From: Heteronotia binoei | Lineage: Eukaryota | NCBI RefSeq assembly: GCF_032191835.1 | Contig: NC_083243.1 | Coordinates: forward strand, 37,882,001-37,946,000 | Direction of reading: 5' to 3' | DNA: 64,000 bases | In this document: one piece after another, positions 50,364-63,345 of the stretch | Layout of the letters: the number at the start of each line of letters is the position of its first letter | Position numbering within the stretch: position 1 is the stretch's first letter | Made by a program: the position numbers and the translations under genes | The notes under the pieces: model-generated | The model's database searches: none | Seen by the model: only the letters and a program-made list of their open reading frames with translations | Told to the model about the DNA's origin: nothing

Positions 50364-50552
50364 CCTGCCCCCTCTTGCTCCTTAATTTCATGTACTCCAG
50401 TGATTTCATCACCAGATAGTTCAGTCTTACCTTGAGCTCACCTACCCAAGATTCCTTAAACTGGGGGTTCCAGGATCTGAATCTGGGATTGTAAGCACGC
50501 AAAACACATACCCTGCCACTGTACTACCCGCATCATTCCCTCCAAATGGTAC

Positions 50553-50621
50553 CTTGGATTGCAATATCCTGCAGCTCCTTTAGTAAGTTTTGATGACGAA
50601 GAATGGAACGGATTCTTTCAT
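50553..50621 (-). CDS. CHGA: Chromogranin A exon 4 equivalent (vasostatin-I/chromofungin)
   Basis: cctgcag|AT...CAAG|gtacca; 69 nt; (D)ERIRSILRHQNLLKELQDIAIQ(G). Confidence 0.97.
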
Positions 50622-50814
50622 CTGCAGGAAAAAGAACCTCATTGTGGAAGTTTTCCAATAGCAAAATGAAGCAATACTTTCAGCCTTTCACAGCTCCATT
50701 AGAAGATCTGTTGGCTGGTGGTGGTGGTTGGGTGTTAGTTCTCTATGATGGCCCATTAAAAAATACTTAATTGGATGGAATTAATATCTGATGTTTTATT
50801 AGACTCTGCTGACT

Positions 50815-51000
50815 TAGAACATAAGAACATAAGAGAAGCCATGTTGGATCAGGCCAATGGCCCATCCAGTCCAACACTCTGTGTCACACAGTGGCCAAAA
50901 AAAAATTATATATATACACACACATATACATATATATACACACTGTGGCTAATAGCCACTGATGGATCTCTGCTCCATATTTTTATCTAACTCCCTCTTG
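50815..51000 (-). mobile_element. CR1 3'UTR fragment of the same subfamily as 11191-12167; related fragment at 61506-61685
   Basis: Near-identical aagaacataagagaagccatgttggatcaggccaatggcccatccagtcc... with an internal TA/CA microsatellite. Confidence 0.88.
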
Positions 51001-51261
51001 CTTCAGCTAAGGCTTCAGCCTCTTTGGACTGGATCCTGTCAGCTTTTTTTTTTGCTGGCACGAGAAAGAGAGGAAGAACTCTTTTTGTGGATGCAAAGGT
51101 CTACGCCATGACAAAATGCCATCTGGGATGGGAAATCAGGTGAGACTGTGTCACAGGCAGGGGACCAGGGAAGCTCTCTGTAGGCTGCCACCACTCTGGT
51201 ATGGCCACCTCTGGAGGGTCCAGAGCACCCACTTGACCCCTTATGTCCACTCTTTCCCAGT

Positions 51262-51903
51262 TAGGGTTGCCAAGTCCAATTCAAGAAATATCTGGGGACT
51301 TTGGGGGTGGAGCCAGGAGACATTGGGGCGGAGCCAGGAACAAGGGTATGACAAGCATAATTGAACTCCAAGGAAGTTCTGGCCATCACAGCACACCTTT
51401 TTAAATGTCTTCCTTCCATAGGAAATAATGAAGGATAGGGGCACCTTCTTTTGGGGCTCATAGAATTGGACCCCTGGTCCAATCATTTTGAAACTTGGGA
51501 GGTATTTTGGGGAGAGGCACTAGATACTATACTGAAAATTTGGTGCCTCTACCTCAAAAAACAGCTCCCCCCAGAGCCCCCAAAACCTCCAGATCAATTC
51601 CCCATTATACCCTATGAGATTCGATCTCCACATAGGGAATAATGAAGTGCTCAGCAAACGTTTCCCTCCCCCCCCCCTTTTCTGGCGACTCTGAAGCGAG
51701 GGATTGGCCTCTCTTCTCATGAGTTGCTGCCAGCTTCTTCAAAGTAACACAGACACACCATCCCAAGAGGAAGCCTTTCAACCGGAGACTGAAGCCTCCG
51801 GAGGTGGAAAGGCAATGGTCCCCTGGGGCCAGCTGACTGGGGGTGGGAAGGAACCTGGGAAAGTGGAAGAACCCCCACTGGGACCTGGGGATTGGCAAGC
51901 CTA
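51262..51903. mobile_element. hAT MITE (TAGGGTTGCCAA family); shorter relatives at about 49426-49700 and 53803-54025
   Basis: TIR TAGGGTTGCCAA / TTGGCAAGCCTA; perfect 8-bp TSD TTCCCAGT. Confidence 0.88.
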
Positions 51904-51941
51904 TTCCCAGTAGGTTTTACTTTATATGTGACCGAATAAGT

Positions 51942-52424
51942 TGTGAGGACCCAGACAGAACAATAAACGATTTTATTTAAGAGGTCTAGTAGTGTACTAA
52001 TGACTGGTTTTCAAACAATTTGCAGAATAATGAGAACAGTAAAGATAGGTGAACAAACAAAATAAAACACCTTTATGCGCCTATCTAGACTGTTTCTAGC
52101 TGTCTCTTGGCGATTGGCTTCAAGCTGACTCACCCTTTCTGAATGAGGGATACCCTGCCCCCCACCTATGCAGCAGTCTCTTCTCAGCTCTGCTCTCAAG
52201 GTGTGAACATCTTTCCTCTTTGGACATGACCTTTTATCCCTTCTTCCAAGGCACCACCATCTACTGATGTAAGTTTTCCCTCTAAATTCCCTGTTAACCA
52301 ATCACAGGGTTCAGATGGTTGCCTGGGAAATGTTGGCTCAGTATTCACTCTAATCCAGGCTTTCCCAGAGCTGCTAGGCCTCACTAAGAGGCCCAGGCTC
52401 GTAACCCTGTCCCTCCATCTCATA
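51942..52424. mobile_element. Possible solo LTR
   Basis: tgtgag...ctcata termini and LTR-like composition, but no TSD found. Confidence 0.3.
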
Positions 52425-52520
52425 GCTGGTAGGATCCAGTCTTTTTTAAAAAATCCAAGCAGATGAGTTAAAGGAACCAAAAGCAATCCTTAGTTGAAAA
52501 TAATAGAGAAAGTATTCTAC

Positions 52521-52614
52521 CTCCTTGAAGGATTTCTAGGCATTCCTGGCTGATAGGGAGTGGATTTGGTTTTGACACTGTATCTGAGATGACTTCAACA
52601 ATGCACTTCATCAC
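52521..52614 (-). CDS. CHGA: Chromogranin A exon 3 equivalent (disulfide loop)
   Basis: cccag|GTG...GGAG|gtagaa; 94 nt; VMKCIVEVISDTVSKPNPLPISQECLEILQG(D), both cysteines present. Confidence 0.97.
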
Positions 52615-53114
52615 CTGGGGAGGGGGACAACATCAGAAAGGCAAGGATTAAACTCAAATGGTTCCAAGGTTGCTCACTGTAAATGTCCCCCCCCCCCAAA
52701 CACACACCCTTATCTGGGAGTATTTTCACTCTCTCAGCTGAAAGACTTTAATGCTTGTGAGACTCAATTCAGTTGCCTTGAACAAACCTCCATCTATTGT
52801 AAAAGGACATAGTCCTGGTTAGTTCTCAAGCCTGCGTGTTCCCTTTCTTGTTCCCTTTTGCAGCTCACAAAAAATGAGGATCTTTGAAGTCTTCAGCTCA
52901 TTCTAAATGGTTGCCAGATCCAATCCAAGCACTTCCATTAACTGAGTCTTGCTTTTGACTCAGCAGCTCCATCCCACCAAACTGATTTCTACATTTTCTT
53001 AAGGCCCAAACTGCAGTTTTATGTTTTCATTGAAAATCATTGTGAGAGCATAGACTCTAGTTAGATTTCAGCCAATTATTTATCATCATTCCAGTTTTCT
53101 TTCTGCCTTCTGGA

Positions 53115-53345
53115 GTCAGTAGGGATGATAGCTACACAGTAACGCCCTTAAGACCAACTAAGTTTTATTCAAGATATAAGCTTTTGTGTTCAAGCACACT
53201 TCCTCAGATACAGTGACGTAAGGAAGTGTGCATCCACGTGGACATTTATACCTTCAACAAAAACTTGGTTGGTCTTAAAAGGTGCCACTTGACTCAAACT
53301 TTGCTCTGCTGCTTCAAACCAACATGGCTAACCACCTGAATCTAA
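53115..53345. mobile_element. Penelope-like (Neptune-type) inverted remnant with a decayed hammerhead motif
   Basis: cttaagaccaactaagttttattc / aaaacttggttggtcttaa arms; - strand CTGAGGA-A-GTG..CAC-AAAAGCTTA. Confidence 0.65.
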
Positions 53346-56300
53346 CTACATGATTCGACGCTGCACTAGGAGAGTCCCCCAATATCCATCTTGCAAACCT
53401 TTTCTGCAGTGGGTTCAGGAATGATTCCAGGTTTTTTGATGAGCTGGGTAGAGACTGCCCAGGGGCCCCTTTATGCCCATCCGCCCACATCCCCTTCCAC
53501 CTGCCTGTGTCCTTTCTCCATCCATTGTGAGCTCTCCCACCACCTGTGGTCACACCACCTCACAAGCACATCCATTTCCTCATGGTACCAGACAAGATGT
53601 GTGACTGGGACTATCACCACTGTGACTATCAAGAATGCAACATCCTTTCTTGGCACAGCTGGGCAGCATGTGCAGCCAAAAGCATCGGTGATGGAGCTCT
53701 TGCAAACTCCCAGGAGAAAGGCAGGTATTCAGGCAACAGAGGAGATACACAGGCAGAGGGTTGGCAACAGTGGGCACTGCCAGAAACTCCACCTCAGGGC
53801 AGTAGGGTTGCCAACTTCAAGGTGGGGCCTGGAGATTCCCAGGGATTACAACTGATCTCCAGTCTACAGAGATCCGTACCCCTGGAGAAAACAGCTGGAG
53901 GGTGGACCCTCCTGGTACTATGACAGTATATCCCACTTTGGTCCCTTTCCTCCACAAACCCCACCCTTCCCAGACTCCACCTCCAAAATCTCCAGGAATT
54001 TCCTAACCTAAACTTGGCAATCGTAATGGTGATACCAGCCCTAGATGGGATATTTACCAGCCTTTTATAGAGCATACGTGATACCGACACATAGAGAAGC
54101 TGCTACATACTTTGGGGTTCTTGGAAAATGTGAGTGAAGAATACTGCTGTAATTTAACATTACCTTTAAAAAATTTCCACTCATAGTTCTACATTATAAT
54201 CCCTTCTAAAAATAGTTTTCTGGTTTTATTGATTTATTCTGAAAATTTTTACTTTTTAAAGTCTTCAAGGCAGTATTAAAACAAAAATAAAAACAGCAAT
54301 ACAAACTGTGGGTTCTGGAATGAAAGAATGAATATTTATTTACAGTCAAAGAAGGCCACAGTCGATGAACCATAATACATCCTTATTAAGACCACCAAAA
54401 GTATTTCAAAAAGTATATTTGATCAAAAAAACCTTCAAACCCTATAAGAATCCTAAATGTCTAAAATAAGTCTAAAATGTCAAATGTCTATAAAATCATA
54501 TAAATCATACAATTCAGGCAGGTCATACAATTCATATAGAATTGTGTTTGTTTCTTATTGTGGAATATTACCAAATGGTAACAGAATTTAGCTATTTGTC
54601 TGGAGATAAGCGGATTTTCATCAGTTAAAAGTTTCTCCAGGCAGGCCCCTTGTCTGCATCTGCTATTGTTCTGTCTAAAATGGGGAAATAAACTTATAAC
54701 CCGTGAGTTCCAATTCAGTTTTCAATAGTAGTCAAGTGTGAAAAGGTAATGGCTTAGATGTGGACTACATTTTCTACTGACACAAAACACTCCTGTTCTC
54801 TTTGCAGTCTCCTGATCTCCTCAACCTTCTCTTCCAATAGCCATCTGCCTAATCTCTAGTGGGTAAGCCAATCAAAGAAGGACCTCAAATGAAAATCTTG
54901 GTTTCCAGGCAAGTTCCTTTGGGAAGATTGCCAGCTCTTTACACAAGCCCCTGCTGAAGGTCCCCTGAGCAGAAGGATATTGGCATGCTGCTGGGCTGCA
55001 TTCGCTCCCAGCCAATGGAAACCCAGGAGAAGGCACCAGTCCTCACCTCTCACATCTGTGCCACAGCCAGCCAGGTTTAAGGAATGCCCCTAAGGGGGCA
55101 TGGATTGCTCCTAACCAACCAAAGACCCAGTCAGAGATGCATTGCCGACCACATCCATGATTACTTCCAAGGGCACTGTCAAGCATGCAGTTTCAATGAC
55201 GAGTCAAGTGGATACAAAACTACGTTTATTGATAGACTGATATGCTCTCAATACAGGTTCTTGAGAGTAATGCCAAAAATACATTGCTACATTACTTTTA
55301 AAACACACTTCAAAGGATTCCCAAGGGTGGGGGCAAGCGGGGCGCTCTAACACATAAACTATCATAAATGTCTACATTCTCATAATGTTATCAATATCTT
55401 GTCCTTGCTTTCCCCAGATGTTTCACACTCCCAAAGAGGAATGTATGGTAAGGCGCCGATTGCTTCTTCTCAAGTCAGTTTCATTTCTCTCTATTCTACT
55501 TCACAAGCAATAAAGCAAGAAAGGGGAGGGGGAAAGAATAACAGAGCCAACATACCTTGGTCCCCCTGATATTTCACAGACCAGCTTTATGGGGGACCTT
55601 AAAACAATTAATTTCCAGTAAATTTTACCATGCTTGACAGGCACATCCCAGCAGCCAATAACTTGGCCACCATACTTTGAACTTTTTGACCTTCCTAACT
55701 GTTTTCAAGATCAGCTCCACATTGCAAGGTGTCCACCATGGGAAATTCCTGGAAATTTCAGGGCACTGTCTGGGGATTTGGGGAGAAGGAAGGTAGCTCA
55801 GTAAGGACGTGGTTCCATTGAGTTCACCTTGTAAAGCTGTCATTTCCTCCTGGGGAAGTGGAGATCAGCTGTTAATTCTGGAAGAACTACTACCTGATCC
55901 TTTTTTATTTATTTTATATATTCTAAATAAATACATTTCAGGTTTCAGTGCCTCTCACAAACATGAAATGTGCTGTATCTTGAAAGCAGCAGCAGCAGAA
56001 GAGTTGGTTTTTATATCTTGCTTTTTTCCTACTCTACAGAAGTCTCAAAGCAGCTTACCAACTCCTTCCATTCTTCTGCCCACAACAGGCACCTTGTGAG
56101 GTAGGTGAGGCTGAGAGAGCTCTGAGAGAACTGCTCTTGAGAGAGCAGCTGTGAGAGAACTGTGACTGATCCAAGGTCACCCAGCTGGTTGCATGTGGAG
56201 GAGGAGGGGGGAATCAAACCCGGTTCTCCAGCTTAGAGTCCACTGCTCTTAACCACTACACCATGCTAGCTCACCTCATACATACGGATTTTTAAAAAAT

Positions 56301-57250
56301 ACATCCCTTGTATTGACACATATTTACCCTGCATTTCCTCCAAGGAGCTCAAGGTTGCATACATGGTTCCAGTTTTCTCCATTTTAGTTTTACAACAACC
56401 CTCTGAGGTAGGTTAGAGAGAACATGACTGGCCCAAGGACATTCAACATTATGGTTGAATGGGGATTTGAACCCAGTTCTGATCAACACAGTAATCACAT
56501 ATTCTCTCTTATTTTGGTTAACTCAAGTTCATCCTCTTGAAATAAACCACCATCTCTGTCATTGGAATAAACATTCCCAACTGTTACAGTCCTGATTTTC
56601 CATTAGGGTTTCAGAGACAGTGAAAAGTAACCCACATTGTTGGACCTGTTCCATTATTTCATTTTTAATGCTCTGGTTTTCTGTTTCAGCGAGCTGTTTC
56701 CTGTGTAGGATCAAATTTTTCCTGTACCTTTTGTTCTGTAAATGTATAAAAGGTTTCTTTCTCCATAACCCTCATGTGACATTTTCTTACTCCTGTTTGG
56801 ATTTCAGTAAATTTTAGACCTATTGCCAGGTCAAGTATTCAGTGACTCTTTCGAGACCAGATGCTGTTTTTGTGTGACTAAAATGCAGATAATGGGTTTG
56901 ATCCATTGGCAAACCTAATTGGCAATTCCCATGGATTCCCCTCATCCTATCACAGACCTCCCAACACATGTTATTCTTCAGGGCTTCCTACCCTCCAGGA
57001 GCAGCCTTTTGTTGATTAGTTGACTACAATTAGTTGGAGATTAGTTAACTACAATTGGAGAAGGGAAGCAGGAAAGTTCCATTCCACTGATGAGGAATTT
57101 AGTACAGATCCAACCCATTATTTTGGTAAATATGACTATCTGACTTGGGAGAGGCTAGTAGCAGCCTCATTTGTCACCCGCAATAATCTTGGGGGTTGCA
57201 CTTCATATTTTTAATTTCATTTCCACCATGCCTTTTGATACAAAAGGAAC

Positions 57251-58262
57251 AGATCTTGATTCTGCATGTCTTTTAGCTGTCTCAGCTTTTTTTTTTTTTA
57301 AACATATTTTAACCTTTTCTCTTAACACATCAGGTCTTTCCAAAGTTAAATAAAAATTGCAGCTCATATTATAATTTATCATTCATGCATGTGAATAATT
57401 AATATTGCTGCACTGCATGGTAATATTTGATCCAAAACGATCTGATCTTGATTCTGTGTGTCTTTTAGCTGTCTAAACTTTTTTTTTCAAACAACATCCT
57501 TTAGTTCAGGGGCATCAAACATGCAGTATGGGGGACAAATCAGGCCCCTGGAGGGCTCCTATCAGGCCCCCGAGCTACTGGCTGTCATCTGCTTCCTTCT
57601 TCCTCTCTCTTTCTTCCTTCTGCATAACACCTTGCTTTGTAAGGCTTGCTCAACTGCACAGGAGCTACAGAGCAAAACCTCTATTTTCTCCATTGGCTGA
57701 GGCTCCTCCCTTGGGGAGGAAGGGGGAAGGAATAGCTTGCTTTGTCAGACTTTCTCAATTGCACAGCAGAGCTACTGAGCAAAGCCTCTTTTCTTTCTAT
57801 TGGCTGAAGCTCCTCCTCCCCACAGTCCCCTGGAGAAGGAAGGAAAGAGCCAGAGCTTCATTTGCCCAGTTCCCTGGTTCCCATGGGAGAAATACAAAGA
57901 AAGCATCTTTAAGACCAATTAGTGCTAATGTTTTAAGCATTTTTTAAGTTTTTAAAAAATATATATTTGTGTTTGCGTTCTTTATAAAATTTATATCTCT
58001 GCTACCTAATCTTAAATAGGTGCACATATGGCCCAGCCCAACGTGGCTCGGCCCAACCCAACATGGTCTGGTCCAACAAGCTTTCATTTATGTCACATCT
58101 GGCCCTCATAACAAATGAGTTTGACACCCCCACTTTAGCCTTTTCTCTTAATACATCAGGTTTTTCCAAAGTTAAATCAAAATCGCAGCTCACGTTATAA
58201 TTTCTCATTATTCATGTATGTGAATAATTAATATTGGTGCACTGCATGGTAATATTTAATAT
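57251..58262. repeat. About 190-bp tandem duplication; the second copy is interrupted by a hAT MITE (57507-58132)
   Basis: gatcttgattctg...catggtaatattt present twice; MITE TIR caggggcatcaaac / gtttgacacccc, TSD ctttag(tt/cc). Confidence 0.8.
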
Positions 58263-59053
58263 CTGGTCCTGCAGTCTGTGCACAAGCCACTTTAGTTAGA
58301 TTTTTACATGAAGCATTAATTCATATTGGTCTCCTATCAAAGAAGCAAGTAAATAAATCTTGGAGGCAGGGGAACCTCTGCATATCATAGGAAACTATTC
58401 CTTTCTACATATCAAACACTTTTAAATCATCAATACCAAATACAGTTCATACATACAAATTAAAATCTACCATGTGCCATGCTAGACAATTACAACTGCT
58501 CTTCACATGAAGGTGAGCTGGTGATTGATTTCCAGTTGCCAGTGGTCCTTATTCAAGTGCTGCCCAAATGTTGGCAATTTGTAAGTGGCTAATCCTTTCC
58601 GTCCCTGTAGACAAATTACTTTCACCACATTACTTTTGCAAATTAAAGAGAATTCGGAATGATCATCAAATGGGAAAGTAAACTAATTTCTGCTGTTAAA
58701 GGCGGTGGAGAGTGAGGCTGTGGTTCCGTAGCTGAGCATATGTTTTCACGCAGAGACCCAGGTTCAATCCCCTTATAATTTCACTGCTCACATATTTTAA
58801 GTGCAATGTCAAGCAGCAGTAAATTGCTCCCGGGGAACAGTATTGTTGTCTTGGTCTATTTTTTTTTTTTTAAGATATGCTTCTTCCTAAAAAGTAGTTA
58901 CACTGGTGCATTTTGCAGAAAAGCTTATTCTCATGTTCTTGGAGCTACCACAGAAAAGACCACGTTCTTAACCACACAGTTTAAAGCCCCTGATAGAGAG
59001 ATCTGTCTTCCAGTCTAAGTGGGGGAGGTGGTCTCATTTTAGAGATACACTTT

Positions 59054-59204
59054 GGCTGAGATCACACATGCAAAATAAAGCAGTTTCAATCCACTTCCAA
59101 TGCACTTTCAAGCTGGATTTTGTCAGTTCACACCATAAAATCCAGCCGGAAAGTGCATTGAAAGTGGATTGACACTGCACTATTTACCATGTGTGATCAT
59201 AGTC
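59054..59204. mobile_element. Palindromic MITE (Harbinger-like)
   Basis: About 60-bp imperfect inverted arms gatcacacatg...catgtgtgatc. Confidence 0.6.
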
Positions 59205-60589
59205 TTCCATTTCTTTTTTGCACATTCTGCTGTGTATGGCTTGCGTGTTTTCATAGCACACCGATTAGCGAAGGTCAACTGCCTAAGCTTCAAGCTGTCC
59301 CTGTTCTCATTTTCCACTGCCATGACCTCCAGAGGAGCAAAAGAAATACACAGATCCAGGGAAGCTTCTCTCTGAGAAGATCTGATTTAAAAAAACCATC
59401 AGTTTTGCAAATGCCTGCTGGAATTCGGGATAATATTTTTGCTGCACACTAGGATTCAGGAACAAATCCAGAGCAGCACAGAAGAATCCACTAGCTGACC
59501 CCTCTCCTTCATCAGCTCTGTGGATGGTAGTTGTCATGATAGAACTGGCTGGCAGGGGTCTAGATGGGGCCCAGTCCTTCCATCCTCTCCTTAAAATGGC
59601 TTTCCCATAAATGTTCCACATTTCACACAATTCACATTCATTTGCATTTCAAAAGGTGAACAGTCATGAAATCCAAGCAATTCTAGATAAGGTTGAGTGC
59701 CAAAAACTTCTTTTTAGATATTACCTATCCCCTCCTCCATTAGAGAAGGCTGAGGATGCCTTTGTGAGGTTTTGCAAAAGCTTGGAGAAATTTCTGGAAA
59801 GCAAGCTTACAGGAAGGACATGGGAACACCGTGCAAACATGGAGACACAACTGAAGACAAGCAGGCTATTTTAAGCAAGGAATTTCTCCACAGTAGAAGT
59901 CTGAATAGAATGAGTCCCCTAAGTTTGCCAGAGCCACGTACTTATTGCTAACTTAGATTCAGAATGAAGGATTAAACCTCTGAGAAAAACAAAGAGGAGA
60001 CTTTTTAATGGAATACGCCAGGCATCTGTTCCATGAAATGAACCAGTGGGATTGGAGAGGCTAGCTTTAAACCTTTTCCTGGCTATTTTTTAAAATTAGT
60101 TTTACAAAACAGGCAGTGTGCTGTAGTGGTTAGAAAGTCAGACCAAGACCAGGGAGCCCTGGGTTCAAATCCCCAGAGTGGTCTTGAGTCTATAACACAC
60201 ACTCTTCGCCTAACTGACTGCACAGAGTTGTTGTGAGCAGGGCTTTTTTTTGCAGCAGCAGAAACTCCTTTGCATATTAGGCTATACTCCCATGATGTAG
60301 CAATCCTCCAAGAGTTTACAGAGCTCTTCTTATAGGGCCTGCTGGAAGCTCTTACAAAGGAGTTCCTGTTACAAAAAAGGCTCTGGTTGTGAGAATAAAA
60401 TGAAGGTGGGAGAAAAAAAGCACACTGCCCTGAGCTCCTTGGAAAAAGGACAGGACAAAAAGAAGGCTGGAGTGATGAGACACCATTTTTAGAAGCTTGT
60501 CTTATTTGTCTTATTTTTGCTAGCCAAAGAGACTGGAGAATTGGTACTCAATGAAAGGCAGTGAGTGCTGCTAGAAGTTGGAGTTAAGA

Positions 60590-60920
60590 ATGTAACAGAG
60601 CACTGTTGGGTCCGACTAGTCAAGCATCCTGCTTCACGCAGTGGTCAGCCAGTTGCCCTGGAGGGTCAATGAACAGGACATAGAGGCCAAGGCCTTCCCT
60701 TGAAGCTATCTCCTAGCCCTGGTATTCAGAGGTCTGCAGCCTCTGGACATGTATGTTCCTTTTATCCACCATGGCTAGTAGCCATTGATGGATCTCTCCT
60801 CCGTGAATCTGTCTAAAGACATCTATGCTTGTAGCCATGGCCACAAGCGGTGGCCACATTGGCAGGGAATGCCACAGTTCCTGGTTGAGTGAAGTGTTTC
60901 CTTTTGCCCATCCTGAACCC
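60590..60920 (-). mobile_element. Old CR1 3' fragment (similar fragment at 45205-45345)
   Basis: agtcaagcatcctg..cagtggtc..aacaggacatagaggcc..atggctagtagccattgatgga CR1 3'UTR motifs. Confidence 0.65.
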
Positions 60921-63345
60921 CAGTTGCAAAAAGAGGCTTCAGAACTCATAGCACTGACTTTCTTTCACTAAACACACTTTGTGTGTGTTAAAGTCAGCAT
61001 GAGGCATTGTGTCCTGGTGGAGCCAAGGCTGAGAATTTGAACGAAGGGGCAGTGTCATTCTTTTATAGCTGCATCCAGAATTTTGTACAGGACTTAGTGC
61101 TACTGTTCGACTCATGAGGATCTTGAGGCCAGCATTCTTGTGTGTGTGTTCCTTCCCTACTTTTTGTCAAGGGAACACAGAACAGTACAATACATCCAAT
61201 ACAAAATTTGGATTGTTTAAATCCATTTGAATCAGCATGATCAGCATGGGGTATAAGCATGTTTGGATTATGGTCGTGATTTCAGGATGATCCCCCAAGC
61301 ATGGTACTGTTCACTGTTCTCCAGCATTTGAACTACATTATGTGCCTTTAGACTGGATTCTGGGTCTATAGACTCACTTCTATGGAACTCTGCTTGAAGC
61401 TGCCTTACACTGAGCCAGTTCTTTGGTCTACAAGGTCACTGCTGTCTACTCTGGCCAGCAGCTGTTCTCCAAGGTTTCAGGCAGAGGTCTTGCAAGTCAA
61501 CCATTAAGAACATAAGAGAAGCCATGTTGGATCAGGCCAATGGCCCATCCAGTCCAACACTCTGTGTCACACAGAGGCCAAAAAACCAGGCACCATCAGG
61601 AGGTCCATCAGTGAGGCCAGGACACTAGAAGCCTTCCCACTGTTGCCCCCCCCACAAGCACCAAGAATACAGAACATCACTGAGGCATTGTAGAGCAGAT
61701 GCTCTACCCGTGAGCCACACAGAATCCTGGTAGTATCTGATTTTACAATCTGATATTACCTTTCATTTCCAGCCCTTTCACAACTAAGCAGTCAAGGTTT
61801 TACTAACTGGCCCTTTAATTCCCAGACATTTGACAGTTACCTGGTTTTTGCAGATGGCACACTCAAGAAGAACTTGCCACAAGGATTCTATCACTCTGCT
61901 CAACTAACAGTGCCCCCCTCTTCCAATGCAGGGGTCCCTCCACTGAGGCAAGATGTCTTCTACTGTCTAGGGGAAGCACCTCTTGCACCAGAGGAAAGCT
62001 CCTTGTGTGATTCCCTGAACAGAGTGGTGGGATCCAGCCCAATTAAAATGGCACAAGGAAGTTTGTCAAAAGTAAAGATGGGATTTGGAGCCTTACTAGC
62101 AGTTTTTTTTGTAGCAGGAACTCCTTTGCATATTAGGCCACACAATCCTGATGTTGCCAATCCTCCTGGAGCTTACAGTTGGCCCTGTACTAAGAGCCCT
62201 GTAAGCTCTTGGAGGATTGGCTACATCAGGGGGTGTGGCCTAATATGCAAAGGAGTTCCTGCTACAAAAAAGTTCTGTTTACTAGTCTTTCTTCTCTGAA
62301 ACAGCTGCTGCTGTACAGTCTGGACCATGTTGATCTGCTCTTTACCTTGAAAAATGCTGCACAATTACAGTGATTTTACACCACATGGGCCTCTTCCCAA
62401 TCAGAGCGAAATCACAGCAAAGGCCCTGACACTTTTTGAATTGCTGCTTGGCACGCTGGGGAAACCAAACAAAGGTGCCCTCCAGGCTCCAGGTGGGCAG
62501 AGAGAGGGCCATGCCCCCTTCCTTTGAACTCCAGGGCTGGAAGTAATAGTAGTGTTTTGGAGAGATTAAGGATAATTAAGCTAGCTGAGAAACTGGCAAC
62601 AGCTTTTTCCTCCCTTTCCCTGGAAACAAGGACTTCTTCACAATAGCGAAAGATAAGCCAGGAGACAGGAACAGAGACCTGGCAGTTCAGTTCCATTAGC
62701 ACTTCCCAGGGAAGCCTGTTTAGGTAAATTGGACAAAGGCAGTGATTTGGACAAAGCTTCGCATGGAACATAGCACTATAGAATTTTGCCTGTTTATGGC
62801 GGTTATATACAGGGAGCAGGTAGGAAATACTACAGCGGCTACTGCATCAGATGCACAAAGTCCTTTTTGCAGAGAGTTCCTTGCCCCCACAACCATCTTA
62901 AGGTCCAGATTTGGGTGGGTGGCTTATAAATATATTGGCCTGTGTCCAACCACTGCAGTGAGCAAAGTCTTATGCTTTCCTCCAGCCACAGGAACCTTCT
63001 TCCATGGCTTTTCCTCCAGTTGAAGATCCACTTGTGAGAGGGAGGCTCTATAGGCTGAGAAACTTCTTCCAGCCTATGGTAGGATACTGCCCATTATTTT
63101 TACTTTTAAACCCATCATGAAGGGTCTATATTAGGGGTGACCAAATTGTCAGCTGGCTAGAAAAAGGCATTTTCCTCCTTCAAATAATTTCTCCAAGCGA
63201 AACCAGCCAGCAGCTTGGAGAATGCATTTAATGTTGCTTTCTTTCTACCTCTCCCTCACCCATCTATCTTCCTTCCTTCCTTCTGTCTGTCTTGCAGCTT
63301 TCAAACATCTGACGTTTATTCTGTGTGGCTCTTACATTAAGCAAG

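Noticed and set aside
53214-53221. TGACGTAA CRE-like motif recalling the CHGA promoter CRE
   Set aside because: It lies in the spacer of a Penelope remnant, and no TATA box or signal-peptide exon follows
55057-55645. LTR-like segment with tgtgcc...ggcaca ends
   Set aside because: No matching target-site duplication; boundaries unsupported
59611-59874. 87-aa plus-strand ORF and other short ORFs in the track
   Set aside because: No recognisable homology or exon structure; expected by chance in 64 kb
61841-61887. 47-nt AG/GT-bounded segment on - strand with the size and phase of CHGA exon 2
   Set aside because: Translates SLWQVLLECAICKNQ, with no similarity to CgA exon 2; chance match
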